From the NCBI GenBank assembly GCA_030141605.1, contig JAQGDQ010000315.1, positions 124,001 to 188,000 on the forward strand: a DNA stretch of 64,000 nt, given 5' to 3'. Source of the stretch: Tubiluchus corallicola. Lineage: Eukaryota > Animalia > Priapulida. Numbering within the stretch: position 1 is the first letter of the stretch; each line of letters begins with the position of its first letter. The translations under genes and the position numbers were made by a program. The notes beneath the pieces are model-generated. The model ran no database searches, had not been told where the DNA came from, and worked only from the letters and a program-made list of their open reading frames with translations. Of the stretch, positions 1 to 12,909 are shown in pieces.

Positions 1-1792
1 AGAATTCATGAATTATATCCTAATTTTATTATACAAACAAAAAATTGATCATCAATGTACTTATAAGTATTTGTCTATTGCAAAATAAATGTATTGAATT
101 GAATTGAAATTGAAAACAAGCTGTGATACAGGTGAATTTATGTGTCAATTGCAATTAAATGTTTTTGCAAATTTATTGCAATTTTAGAGCTGAGAACATC
201 ATACAGGCTCTTGACCATGGTAATTTACAGAACTACTGGGTGAATTGCATTCATATGTTTAAGTAAATTAACATCTTTTGTTGACACGAAAATAGTTGAC
301 AAGCAGTTATCAGGCAAGGCACTTGATACCATAGTGACAGATTGACAACTAGAACCGAATTGGACACTAGACCATCTTGTGCCGTACAACCTTCCTAGTG
401 GTGAAGAGAATTCAAGTTAGGATGGAAGTGCATGGTATAACTTCTGACCACGAGTAGGAAGTTCGTCTATTGCAGTGACATGATATGTAGCACGAATTGA
501 CTGAAGATAATTATTTTAACAATGCGGAATGTTAAAGTTACTGCAAATAAGTTAACTTAGCAGTGGATACTCAAACGGTGCTTGGACTCATAGATATTAT
601 GGATTCATGTATCTGATGTCAGTTTCATTGAATCGTATACTCAATCCATTAATTTGCTGGCAATATTCCCAAGAGAGTTTGGAGGCCAAATACAACAGAA
701 AGAAAATGCCCAAACTAAGATTTTCTGAATATTTCTTGGTGATTTATATGAGAGGAAATCTAGTGGGAAGGTGTCATTTCCGCAGAAAGTTTGGAACTTG
801 ATTTTATGTGTTTTACTTATTAGATGAAGCCAGGAACTCCTTAGTCCTTCGTTACGGCAGCATATAAATTTGGTTATCACGTGTTACATTTCTGTTTACA
901 AAACTCCGCGTCAAAGAAACGACGCGATATCCAAGGAGGCCCGTTGCTAGTGCATTTGTTTAGCCTGCAATATTCCGAAGTTTCACCGGCAAAATTGAAC
1001 AAAATGTTTTGGAGAAAAACGTAACATCACCTGTTGGATTTCATTATGAAAGAGCCGTGAAATTTAATAGTATTAGTTCAAATTTTAAGTTACGGTTTGT
1101 TCTTTTAGTTAAAGAAAACTTGTTTTACGTTAAATTTAATCTTTAATGATGGTTACTACTTTCGTGGAATGACAAGAAATAATTTCAAAGCACTACAACA
1201 ATTAATTGAAAGGAAGAGTGAAGGCTCTCAGAAAAGTGAGCTCATTTTAACATATGACAAAAATGTTAGAGAGTTCCAGTAATAAAATTGTGTGTAAAAG
1301 CTCCTCGTGTAATTAATAAAATCAATCTAAAGTCGCGATCACATCAAGCTTGGGCGCACTCATTTTGAATGAAAAATGACATCATCTGGTTTCTGCGCAA
1401 TATATAAATTTATCCCGCCAGGTGCTTCAGCAAGCTTTTCTGCAGCTGTAATTACTGTTATCAACTAGAAACAACCCAAAATGTTAAACAAGAGATTATT
1501 AGCACTATTTTTTGGTTTATGATGAATCCAGTTACAAACTATGTAATGAAAACCACTTACCAGCGATAATATAAACACCCCAACTCGGCTAGTTAGCGCC
1601 AACAAAGTAACAGAACAATGAACAATTATTTTAACTAGCTAAAAATAAAGTCAATAAGGTAAGTAAACAGCCCAATACCTCCGTCTGCTCGGAGCCTTGC
1701 AGAACTCCATACTCATCTGCAATTTTGAGGCATAATCTTGCGGATTAAAGCTGTGTAAGTACTTTAGATTGTATGTAACTAATTATTACAAA

Positions 1793-1910
1793 CTACGGCC
1801 AAATCACGTTGAAAACACCAGTTCTCATCTGATCACCGAAGTTAAGCAATATAGAGCCTGGTTAGTACTTGGATGGGTGACCGCCTGGCGATACCAGGTG
1901 CTGTAGGCTT
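1793..1910 (+). pseudogene. 5S rRNA-like sequence (SINE head, not a functional 5S gene)
   Basis: ctacggcc...gatcaccgaagttaagc...ggttagtacttggatgggtgaccgcctgg...ccaggtgctgtaggctt matches animal 5S rRNA with A and C boxes. It lacks the first 2 nt and the oligo-T terminator, and has several CpG-decay-type substitutions. Confidence 0.9.
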
Positions 1911-2346
1911 GCGGGATGCCCACACTGTATCTCGACAATAGGCGGAGGAGCTGCACAAGCAGCCAACGGCTAGAGGGCGGAGGAGGTCAACTAACCCAAC
2001 GGCCATGTGTAGAGGAGTAAACCTTACAAATCAGGAGTGGAGCCCCAAAGGCGGACCAGTGCAGCATGCTCACTGACTCCGGCAGCTCCTGTAGCCAACC
2101 TGGTGCCAAATGTATCGCTCCGCTTTCCTTTGGACTACACCAGGGAGGAAGAGAGGGGGTTCCTGTTGTCTGGGCAACTCAGGATCTCCATACACCTTGC
2201 CCAGGCGTGCGCCCTGGAGAGGGCACTCCGGTGCTTCAAGGATCGGACTGCTCAGCCACAGTCGACGCTGCAGCTCCATCAATGTGATCAGTAACTGACT
2301 CTCTAAGCGCACACTCCATTGTCTTCCGAGACAGAAGGATGCCAAC
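1793..2346 (+). mobile_element. 5S rRNA-derived SINE (SINE3-type) with RTE-LINE-derived body and 3' tail
   Basis: 5S head at 1793-1910, then a GC-rich body with no T4 terminator. The 3' part encodes SRIGLLSHSRRC, matching the C-terminal motif of RTE ORFs, followed by an RTE-like tail ccattgtcttccgagacagaaggatgccaac. Near-perfect 12-bp TSD: aattattacaaa (1781-1792) / aattattataaa (2347-2358). Confidence 0.85.
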
Positions 2347-4653
2347 AATTATTATAAACACACAGTTAAACACAAGCGAACTGTATAAGTATAGTTATGC
2401 ATTTTGCCATTTCTTTCAAATATGCCTGCAGCAAACTTTGCTTGGTAGGAAAAAGAATGATTTAAATTTCTTTTGCATTTTTAAACAAGGCATTTTATGC
2501 ACTGGTATATTATGTGATAATTCAATATTTCTAAGTGTATATTAATACACAATGAATGTTGTTCAAGAGCTGGTTTTTCTCTAAATACATTATGCGTAAT
2601 TTATTCACAAATTTCTCTTACACTTTTGCCCATGTGTATTATTTTGATGTATTGTTCATGATCATGAAAAATGTGTTGCACTGGGGTGCTTTCTTACTTT
2701 CTGTTATCCCATTATCTATATTCACAATATTACAATTACTGGTCAAATTTAGAGTATTATATTGTTAATTTTTAAATTTTTATTCTGATATTGCACCAGT
2801 ATGTGGTTATGTAATTATCGCACAAGTGTAAAAGCACAATCCTTCAGAAAAACAGAAACATTTTGCAAATTTTGTACTGATAACATCACCTTGTTCTGCT
2901 TCCATTACAGAGCTACTGCTACCACTTACTTGGTGGGCAGACTCCGCTTTAAAATCGTGAAGCAATGACAATTAGTGAACCACCTTTCCTCAAGGATGAC
3001 ACCAAATAAAAACAGTCAGAGGAAGTCAAGCTGCAATCTTATAATCCGTAAACTTAATCAAGTGAAATGAAGCGATGTAACTTTATAAGCACATCTGCTT
3101 GGCGTGAAACCAATCTCCTTTACATCCTCATAGTTGTTCACGAAAAAAGTTTTTAGCCAGTTTTTACATTATGACGCCACAAATTTGTAATCAAGATTTT
3201 TACGATAAACAGATTTTATGACAGTTAGGCTGAGAATGTATCAAATATTTTGTTTTTCCTTTTAAAGAAAAAACAACAGAATGAATTTTAAAATGCAGCT
3301 CAAACTGAAATGTGTATTATTAGTACATTTATATTTTGTAAAAGCAGTGGAAATATTGTGTAATGAATAAATAATGACACAGTAAAAAGAAATTATAGTC
3401 ATTTGTCAATAAGCTCAGTAATTATTTATTTTGGACTATCTAAGCAGGTTGGGATCTAGCGCTCTGACGTCAATGTAGGCTATTTGAATTACTAAGAATC
3501 ATCTAACCCACACCTTTAACATACATCAGAGTGCTACCTCCTGGTGTAACTTTGTCCTGCAAATTTATTTACACAAAAGATTTTAATGCTGCATGCACAC
3601 ACACAGACAATACTGGCAATAGCAATCACTACTTCAAAACTGAGTCGCTCAAGGGCTGTTTTGAAGTTATACGCTTGTGAGGTAACTTCATACACAGATC
3701 TGTTTTGCCGTGAAAGCGGTCTCCTTTTTTGATTCTCATCGTTGTTCATGAAGTAAGTTTTTAGACAGTTTTTATATTATGACGGTCCCAACAGGGTAAC
3801 TGTGTATTCAAAATTTTTACGATAAAACAATTGTGGGTCTCAAAATTTGCAAAATTTACGCAATCTCTCTTTGTCCAAGTGACAACAAAATCTAAAGTTT
3901 AAACAAGTTATAAATTCGCTGCGTTTTTCAACCTTAGACCCTTACCCTTACATTTCAAAAATTTACGTAATCCAAAATCTGTTCTCGTGGCGCCTGGCTT
4001 ACATGACCTGTCTTTTTATTACATAGAATCTGGTTTACAAAATCACAAGCAAACATGGTGAGTTCTGCATGCTGAGTAGCATAAAAGTTATGGTCACAAA
4101 TACTTTTTAAACTGGGGAAGCAACAGTTAAGGAAATGTTGTAACTGGCAACACCTTTATCTTGTATAAAAATCAACTTTAGTCATACAAAATAAATGCTC
4201 TACATTTCATTGGGTTGTTTGGCTTAAATCTCAGGCAAATTCTAAATTCCAGATTTGGCTTACTTTTGAAAGATGTTTGCACAAAAATGACCTATTAATG
4301 AAAATCGTCATTATTATTGCCCATATGACTGTTTCTGCATAATTAAAACAAACATTATTGCTCAGGGCAAAATTGCAATAAAAGTCGCATGATGATTCAC
4401 AAGCATTATGTAATAAATATATACATCTATATATACAATTTATATCTACATAAATATATGAATATGTAGCCCCAAAGCCGAAATTTGCACCATGACTGTG
4501 CTTTCTTTTGGCTACTTTTGGCACCCGGCTTTGACTACATTTTTACTTGTTTGGCTCATTCTTGTCAGTAATTTGGCTTATGGAATTGACTCAATCGTCT
4601 AGCAATCCAGCGCCATCTTGTACATGCTGATTAGCACAAGAATTTATACTCAT

Positions 4654-4797
4654 GAAAACTTTTCAAACAAGTAACACAATAGCTTTAGTAATAACAATAG
4701 TTAAAACTTTTCAAACAAGTAAAACAATAGCTTTAGTAATAACAATAGTTAAAACTATTCAAACAAGTAAAACAATATCTCTAGTAATAACAATAAT
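4654..4797. repeat. ~48-bp tandem repeat x3
   Basis: aaaacttttcaaacaagtaaaacaatagctttagtaataacaatagtt repeated. Confidence 0.85.
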
Positions 4798-4960
4798 TCG
4801 TTAAAACAGTAGACATGGCTTGATGAATAAAACTGAACTTATCAACAGTAGGTTTCACGTGAATGGAAGTGAGTTCGTATTAATTTTTTCTGTAACCCAG
4901 GCATAAACTGATAGACCATTCACGTGAAATTTTGAAACCCATTATTAAAAGTAAGCTTAC

Positions 4961-7900
4961 GTTTCAAAATCCCAGATTTGGAGGGGTACAACACCATTGA
5001 ATCCAGCTGTTCCAGTAGCAAATGATCTATAAAAAATAATTATGAATTTTTATTCATACAAATCAGCTAAAATTGTGTATAAATGTTTATCTTACAACAA
5101 AAATGCATGTAACACAACAGCCAAAAATTGACAGAGTATGTTAGTACTGTCATACAGATTCTCGTACAGAAGCTCAACTAATGTAAAACTGTGGACTCAG
5201 TGAATGAGTCATCTGTACCACATACAAAATTATAATTTGACACTGCTTACACAATGAAACAGAGTATGTGTTGAATCACAAACATTATAAATAAGTCAGG
5301 TTTTTCTATGATTTGATACCAAGTGAAGTTCTGAGCTAGCTGCATTTAAAGAAAGTTGAAAGTCATTTCTAAATTTTTCAAAGTTTTGTTATTCTGCTTA
5401 CATAGTTATTCATAACATACAATCAAGGATGTTACCAAAAGTAAAATTTCGCTTCGGTTTGCTGATAATTGCCCTTCCGGTTTAGTACCCTTTTCGTTGA
5501 AAATTATTAAGTTTCTTAGCGAAGCTTTCGATAGCATTTTCCCAAGTCTTTAGTAGTAGTATTTATCCAGCTTACCTTTTCTTTTCTTCTGGATGTTAAA
5601 AACCGCTGAATATATCATTTCTTAAACTTTTGCACCCTTTGTAGATTGCCTTTTACGGCAATGCAGCATATCTTCAATGATGACTACTGTGAAGCTTTAA
5701 GGTTTCCAGGCATAATCAACCGAAATATCAAAACATAATTTGAACAAAACCAAGTTTAACTTTATAATTTATGAAATATAAGCAACATAAAAAATAAAAT
5801 TTGTCAATATTTTTGAAGCGTCATGGTCTCTAACCATAAACATTGTTCTACTTTTTCGGTAAGATTTTTTGCCAAGCAAAAACAAAGTATATCACTTAGT
5901 TCAGTATTTCGATGTTTTCAGTTTTAATAGTAGTTGGTTTTGCAAATATGATTTCGGTTCAGCTTCATTCCAGTATCGGTTTCCTATGTTTTCGTTTTCG
6001 TTTGCAATTTCAGTTTTCGTAACATCCCTGTGTACAACGGAAACTCTCAAATAGATTGTATTAGCGTTACTACTTTATAATCCTTACAGCAGCATTCCTA
6101 CCTCCCAGAAGGATTTGTAGAAATACTCCAAACTCGATCACCTAAGAGTAAAGTTCTGTAATGTTCACCGCGATTAAGTGACCATACCTAAGACAAGAAC
6201 AGAAATTGGTAAAACGGAAAACAAACATAAGACAATTGTGTCCTTGACAAAAACTGTGAAACAATGTAAAAAGAACAAATTTAGACTGGAACCGCCTTCA
6301 TGCTTACCTTTACGGAATTATCCCTAGAACCAGAAACAATGTTTGCATGACCTGTGGCAATGCAGTTAACATCACTTGAATGCGCCTGTCGAATCTCCAA
6401 CATTTTATAACCATTATCACTGTTCCAAATACAAATATTCGTGTCGCTGCAAAAAATGTTTCAAAAAAGTTGCATCATCATCATCAGAATAATTATACAC
6501 TATATTTGTTACCTGCTAGAAAAATCATAAAAACATCGGCTACTGAGAATCAAGTTAACCTAGGCATTACAAAAACCAAAAACTGTTGCACAATTGCTGA
6601 ACATTTCCCAAATAAAAATATTAGCTATCATCATGAAGTGTATATATTACAGGCAAAGTGTGAAATTGGGTATTCTATAGAATGCCTATGTATTTTATGG
6701 AGTGCCAAAACAAACCAGGTAATGTCTAAAATAGTTTCTTCTACACTATTAATTTACTGTCCAAAATTTACATTTTCTTGCCTATAAAAGTTAGCAATTG
6801 TTCCTTATATTTAAATAATTAGCTTAAGAATGTTAATTAATGGTAACCGAACACAGCTATTGCTTACATCAGAAACTAAACACAGCAATGGCAGGCATCT
6901 TTCCTTGAGCATCAAGCACGTTTGCGCATCAGCAAGTGTTACTGCTTAAACGCGTGATGTCAAGAAAATGGGCTCTACGTCATATGATGTCAGAAACAGT
7001 TCATGATCGCGGTTATCACGGCACCGCCTTCTATTTGTCAGCGAAACGAATGTGACAAACAGGCACCGTTGCAAATTTTATTAGATTCACTGAGCCGTGC
7101 CTAGCTTTGAAAGTTTAACCAAATTTGAGTATCCGAGGTAATTATTATTTATCCTGGGATTTGATTTAAAAAAAACTATTGTAGTTTTCAATATTTTAGA
7201 GCATACTTTATTCTGAACTAATGTTACACAATCATCTGGTTTTCCTTTAAGAAGATTTTTTGGAAATTGGTTTAATAAATCTGTATGTAGCGCTAAGAAC
7301 GTTCGCATGCACAAACATATGAAGAAAAATGTTTGTAAAAACTTTACTGAAGCAAGCTGCAGTCTTAATTCCTACATAAGGAAAGTGATCCACCTGATTG
7401 AGTAGTATGTCAGAGATGGTGATGTTGCACCCATCACCAGCAAAACATCCAAGTCACCGGCTTACTTGAACAGCTTGCTTAGTTTAGTACATTTACTAAG
7501 TCATTTTTGGTATTCTAAACACTGTCTAAGCAATGTACAAAATAGCTAGGAAAAGTTCATTTCAACATAAATTATGCTCATCTTACAAATTGCCAAAGTC
7601 ACTTAACACATTTTATATAAATTCTAGCTATTATACAAAACGCCTAGGTAAAGCAAGAGAAAGTAGCAGCAGAAAGATTTACTTCACACAATACCTGCCA
7701 ATGATAACAGATGGCATTTGAGAATCATTGAGAATTTTTCATGATTTACTAATATGATCCAGGATTTACTATCAGGTAGTGATTAGTGACCATTCTTATA
7801 ATAATTATAAAACACATTTTCAGTTGATTAGTAATAAATCACTTCATGCACTGATTTAGCTGAGATTAAGTTACTTGAATATGAAGTTAATCTGTTTATT

Positions 7901-9284
7901 ATCAAATTTTCTACTACTGACCTTCCTCCACTCACGATGGTAGAACCGCTATAGATAAAATGGCAAACATCATCACTGTGCCCTTGTAGAACATACTCTG
8001 ATTGGTGTTTGATGGAGCCATCAGATTGCTTCTCATTACAACAGACAACAGACCCCCGACTATACCACAGCCGATTGTGGCTAGACTGTAACCATGGTAA
8101 CTGCCTACATAAACAACGAGAGTGCAATAATAACATTACTGAACATTGTTAAGATGTACACAAAACACAGCAAAGCCTGTGGAAACTTATTTCAATCCCC
8201 ATAGCATCGAAAGTGAGCAACGCTGAGCCTGAGTAGTAAATTGCTTGGCGATCAGCATGAACGTGTTTTTGGATGGTTGTACGTCCCATACTGCACCTAC
8301 CTATTAGCTTCAATGAGTGAAAAGATAAGCCAACAATAAATTTGCTAAAATACATCTGCCAGCTTGTCCGAATGACTCGTAAATGCCTAGGTTCGAAACT
8401 CATTTGCATTCTTGTCCTGGCTGTTTTCCTCGTGGAAGGAGGATGTATATAATGGATAATACATCACCTGGTTCATCTAACAGGGATATCCTTCACAATG
8501 AGCTAGGTACTGGTCATGCCATAAACATCACATGGACTAAGTCCTGCTTGCAGTGTGTTGAAGTGTATAAAACAAGACTACTCACTTAATGCGATACCTG
8601 AACAATCTTGTTTCCCGACGTTTGCCCTTTTGCCAGTTCTGCGATATCCGACAAAGCTCTTTTGCACAAGGGTCTCTAAAAACATGAACCAAAGCTCCAA
8701 AAAATTCTTTTAATATGAAGTGCGCATGTCAACAAACAGAAATTGTTATCAATCACATTAAAAAATTAAAAATACAAAAACTTTTACATTAACTAACATT
8801 TCATTGTGTGCATAATTAGTTTTGATGATATATCCCAAATTGATTACGGTTTCTGAAGCTACTCAATAAAAATGCAAAAGGGCAAGTTGTTTGCTTAGGG
8901 TATGCATCAGTTAAAAATAAACTCTGCCCTGGAGGTGTCACAAGTGTGTCAGTGAGAAATCGCGAGTCCTGAAGGTGTAAGCCTATTGTAGAAGCATGAA
9001 AAACATTTTAGGGAAACGAAGTTCTATTACAAGTAGTAAACGTTTATCTCTTACATTTACCTGAACACGGTTCTGTGCAGTGAATTGCCGTACGACATCA
9101 AAGAACTCAGCAGCTTTCCTTTCCATACGGATTCTGAATTGACAAGTCTGCAAAAACGACGACATACCCGGGCCAGCCTACCTAACGATGAAATTGTGCA
9201 ATACGAAAGAACAGCATACAATGCATCATCTGGTAACTGTAAAATCAAAGCACCTTGAAGTTCATCTCCCAATCCTAACGTCAT
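4961..9284 (-). CDS. FBXW4: F-box/WD40 protein, FBXW4 (dactylin)-like; 5' six coding exons, remainder not found in the window
   Basis: Exons 9284-9061 (F-box LQLPDDALYAVLSYC...LGRLARVCRRF), 8675-8586 (CRISQNWQKG), 8104-7922 (QLPWLQ...GHSDDVCHF...IVSGG), 6446-6308 (AHSSDVNCI...IVSGSRD), 6187-6102 (DRVWSI), 5026-4961 (SFATGTAG...PLQIWD). All GT-AG and phase-compatible; motif order matches FBXW4. Confidence 0.88.
5424..6030. mobile_element. hAT-like MITE
   Basis: TIR caaggatgttac ... gtaacatccctg; degenerate 8-bp flanks catacaat/tgtacaac. Confidence 0.55.
6749..7246 (+). mobile_element. Kolobok-like MITE family A, 5'-truncated copy
   Basis: Colinear with 40485-41024; ends ...ggttttcct + TTAA. 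Confidence 0.8.
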
Positions 9285-9520
9285 CCCCTGCAAATGTGAC
9301 AACTTTGACCAAAAAATAACCTCGGCGAAAAGCTACTGCCGTTAGTTTATTTTCAAAGCAATAAATCATATTTCGAAAATAAATTTCACATACAGGTTAA
9401 CGTAATTGTGAATTGCACAACCACTGTAAACAGCGTTATCATATCTTCACATCATATTGGCACAGCTGTGAATGATGGATTGACGGCTATCAGTTTGACT
9501 TTACTGTCAGCCAATCTTCA

Positions 9521-9686
9521 TAGATTCACTGAGCCGCGCGTAGATTTGAAAGTTTAACGAAATTTGAGTATCCGAGGTAATTATTATTTAATCTAAGCTT
9601 TGACTTAAAAAATGCTTTTGTAGTTTTCAATATTTTATAGCATTCTTTATTTTGAACTAATGTTTACGCAATCATCCGGTTTTCCT
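9521..9686 (+). mobile_element. Kolobok-like MITE family A, 3' fragment
   Basis: tagattcactgagcc...atccggttttcct + TTAA, same as the 3' end of 40485-41024. Confidence 0.8.
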
Positions 9687-9737
9687 TTAAGCGGTCTCTA
9701 GAAAAAGCCGAGTTTTGCAGCTGTTTGAGTGTCTCGG

Positions 9738-10233
9738 CAGGACCATACATTTTAACGCATGGCTACGCTGTGCAGCCGCCCGGGGTACCGCGAGCACTGA
9801 GATCCCATGGTGAACAGGCTATCACTCATGTGTATGGAAAACGACATCCTAAAGACCATTGACTTCAAGCCAATTATAAAGCAATTCTCTGCAAAGAAAT
9901 TTCGCAAATGTTTGAGTTAAATGCTTAATTAATAATAAATAATTTATAGTAATTTCATACTGTGCCATGTCCGTCTGTATGGTTTACTAACTGAATATCA
10001 TTTAGATGTTGAAATTTTTGGTGTTTTTTAAAACTCATGTTATATTGTTCAAACATTTTTTATCTTTGTTGTACAGCATGTTTTAAATTATTAAACACTG
10101 ATGTTGTCGAAGGTTCCAATACCATAAGTACGTGTTTAATTTTATTGACTATATCCCTGTGAGTGGTTGTGTAGGTAGGGGCCCCAGTGCACCGCTTTTG
10201 CCCAGGACCTACAATGCTGTTAAGATGGCCCTG
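9738..10233 (+). mobile_element. hAT deletion derivative retaining the transposase C-terminus
   Basis: Perfect 8-bp TSD tgtctcgg (9730-9737 / 10234-10241); TIR caggaccat / atggccctg; 9813-9920 translates NRLSLMCMENDILKTIDFKPIIKQFSAKKFRKCLS*, resembling the end of the hAT dimerisation domain. Confidence 0.85.
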
Positions 10234-10523
10234 TGTCTCGGAAAAGGCAATCACGAAAAAGGATCGAAGTTTACAAGGTGTAAAGTTTTAATTGAAGAAA
10301 TTTTCACCGAGCAAAACAGGGTTGTTTGTATAAAATTGTTTTTCAAGGTCAAATTTTTCATGGCTGGTTGCTGTTGAAAATACTCATCATCTTTGCCATT
10401 CGGAAATAGTTAGAACTTTTAATGCAGTTTCTAATATGATGTCAAATAGTCGTTATATAAAAACAAATGCAACATTGTTAGCCTTTATAACTTTTTCGAG
10501 TAGGCATAAATACATTTTCTCGG

Positions 10524-10549
10524 GAGAGAGAGAGAGAGAGAGAGAGAGA
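10524..10549. repeat. (GA)n microsatellite
   Basis: Direct reading. Confidence 0.95.
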
Positions 10550-12909
10550 GGAGGGAGGGAGGGCTTATTTTCCGTTAGTTCATATCTCTTCCTATGGGCT
10601 GTTAGTTTTTTTTCTTTTTTTCACGGTTTTCACATTTTGAAAGAGCTAGAACTCCTTAAAGGCCTGAGACCCAGAGATAGGAGCAAAATATGAAAATTAT
10701 GTCAACCGGTTATGTTTTTCCACAAGTATTTAAATATTTTGGGGTAGATATGCGCCTGGAGTTTAAAAAAACTGGGTTCCTTAAGGGCCCGAGTTGGGAG
10801 CCAATGCCAGTAAACGGGGTCATGTCAATTACTCCATAAATATAAGTACAAGCTAAAATCGTGAAACTTCCAGGCTCGACACCCGAGATAGATTCTCAGA
10901 GAATGGTATAGAAAAGATGTCGATGAGATGAACTGAATGGTATAACTGGACAGGACATGGACTTTAACCAACGGATCTTTCAACGCCTAATTCTGTAACT
11001 GTTGTGTGCAAAATATTCAGTTTCTGACCATGTGAGAAACATTGTCAACTAGTTGTTACTGAGTTGCTTGATTTTCGTCCTGAGGCTGAAACGGCTCAAA
11101 AGTTATAACAGCGCCTCGTGTCATAAAATGAATTTTTCCGGTATCAAGGAGCAGGTCAGTAATCCCGGAACAATTATAAATATGACACGAGGAATTGTAA
11201 GATTGTCAAATGTATTTTCCCTTGCGTTAATAGTAAACTATATTTATCTTCAGCTATAGTTCGGTGAACTATAGTTATACTAGCTCGGTGAAGTTGGTTG
11301 AATTATAAACTTTGTTTACATGCAATTTTTATGTACCCATATAAGAATAAATTTCTATCTATCTATCTATAGTTATAATGGATACAATAAACGAATAAAC
11401 ATTACGTAACATCGTCTTCCGCCACCAACTAAGACCGCTCTACGTTGAGTTTGGGAATCAGAAGTTAGCTTTCCGTAACTAGATCTCCGTTTACAATCAG
11501 CCATAATAATAAAGATTTCTAGATTATGAATTTGTAATTATTGTCAACAAGCAATTGTTGAAGTTATTAGCTGAGAGAATTCATTCAGGTTTTGGGAACA
11601 CTGATGTACGTAACTAACGTCTGAGATAGCGTACATCGACTAGTGACTGTACACTATCCGCTTTGTACAGATATGGATTAGCAACATAAATGTTAACTAT
11701 AACAAATTAATTAGTTTTTATAGTCTGTTTAATCGACAAAACATTGAAAATAACCTTGCCGTGTGATACCGCCATGTTTATCGATGTTTAAACAACTTTC
11801 TGTTATAAGACACCGTATTTTATTTGCAAACATTGCTAAGGCGGTTAAAGCCACTTATGCATTGCAATTTTAACCGTAATAGGTGTTAAGAAAACGTCAG
11901 CTAATGTTACGTACCATGTACGCTAATGTGAATTACGTACCATTGTATAACGTATTGGAATATTAGAATATATACCTATATTTTTTCGAAGATATTATTG
12001 TACTGAAAAATGAATACTACACTGTAGTTAAACCTTACTAACTGCCGTCAAAATTATTGTCAAGTGGTTTTACACATGTGAAGTGGAATCGTGCAGAAAA
12101 TGAAGAAAAATTCATAAGCGATTTAAAACCAAAAGCATTAACTGAACTCAGACACGAATTTCGGGAACATTAACATTAAAAAACCTCATACAATGTAACA
12201 AAACAGTGAGAGTTATTATGGGCCTATATAATCTATAATACATAAAAACATTTATAATGATATAAATTTTAAGATCTTTTCTGTTTTGCATTTTACTTCA
12301 TTTTCAGCAAAATTTATGTACTGTCACTTTTCCTGAACTTACCACTCTGTAAGCAAGTAATGAATTGTAAAATTCGACCAAAATATTATTATACTTAGGA
12401 AAGTCAAGTTCAGTCAGACCTGACTAAAGGTTATAGGTAACTGCCATGCCGCCTCACGTGAGAAATATTTAGTGTGATGAATAATTATGCAAGCAATTCA
12501 TAAGAATCAATCATAAATCAATTCGTGATTTAATGGGACTATTATCACTGCATGAATTTCACGCCCCAAACCAAATCCTTTGCTGTGTTTACTGCAGTAT
12601 CGATCATAACAAGTTTCTATAACAAGTCATTTTGTCAATTGTCAACTGAAGAAGAACTGCACTTTTTCCTCTTGAGCGGTGATCCTCGGGCGGTTGTGGT
12701 CACAAGTCAATCTGTTGCTGAAGTCAACCAAAGAGTACGTCTCCCATTTACACGTGCTCTAGAAATTTTTTTACATTTTATCTTATCTGAAAAGTTGTAA
12801 GTATTAAAAAGTAAAAGCAACTTCACGCGTTAGTAGCTACTTAATCACGATAAATTGCGATATTAATAGAACAGAGATTTTAATTAATTTTGATTCTAGT
12901 GAGTTAAAG

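Larger units (their letters stand above)
1211..2580 (+). mobile_element. Kolobok-like non-autonomous DNA transposon (family B), interrupted by the SINE at 1793-2346
   Basis: 1211-1430, 1720-1790 and 2400-2580 align by eye with the uninterrupted copy at 54752-55471; AGG start and degenerate TTAA flanks. Confidence 0.65.

Noticed and set aside
1793-1910. Functional 5S rRNA gene
   Set aside because: Solitary, missing the first bases, no oligo-T terminator, stem-disrupting changes, and embedded in a TSD-flanked element.
1906-2010. HDV-like ribozyme at the start of the RTE-derived part
   Set aside because: Such ribozymes are known in some RTE 5'UTRs, but I could build only a partial P1/P3 by eye. 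It needs a descriptor or covariance search on the family consensus.
2037-2348. Four overlapping ORFs as genes
   Set aside because: By-products of the GC-rich SINE body; only the short RTE C-terminal remnant is meaningful.
1-4960. Remaining FBXW4 3' exons
   Set aside because: No phase-compatible exon with the expected GAGVLD/CGYD motifs was found. A GAGLLD-like reading at ~4600-4620 hits a stop at once. The exons probably lie left of the window.
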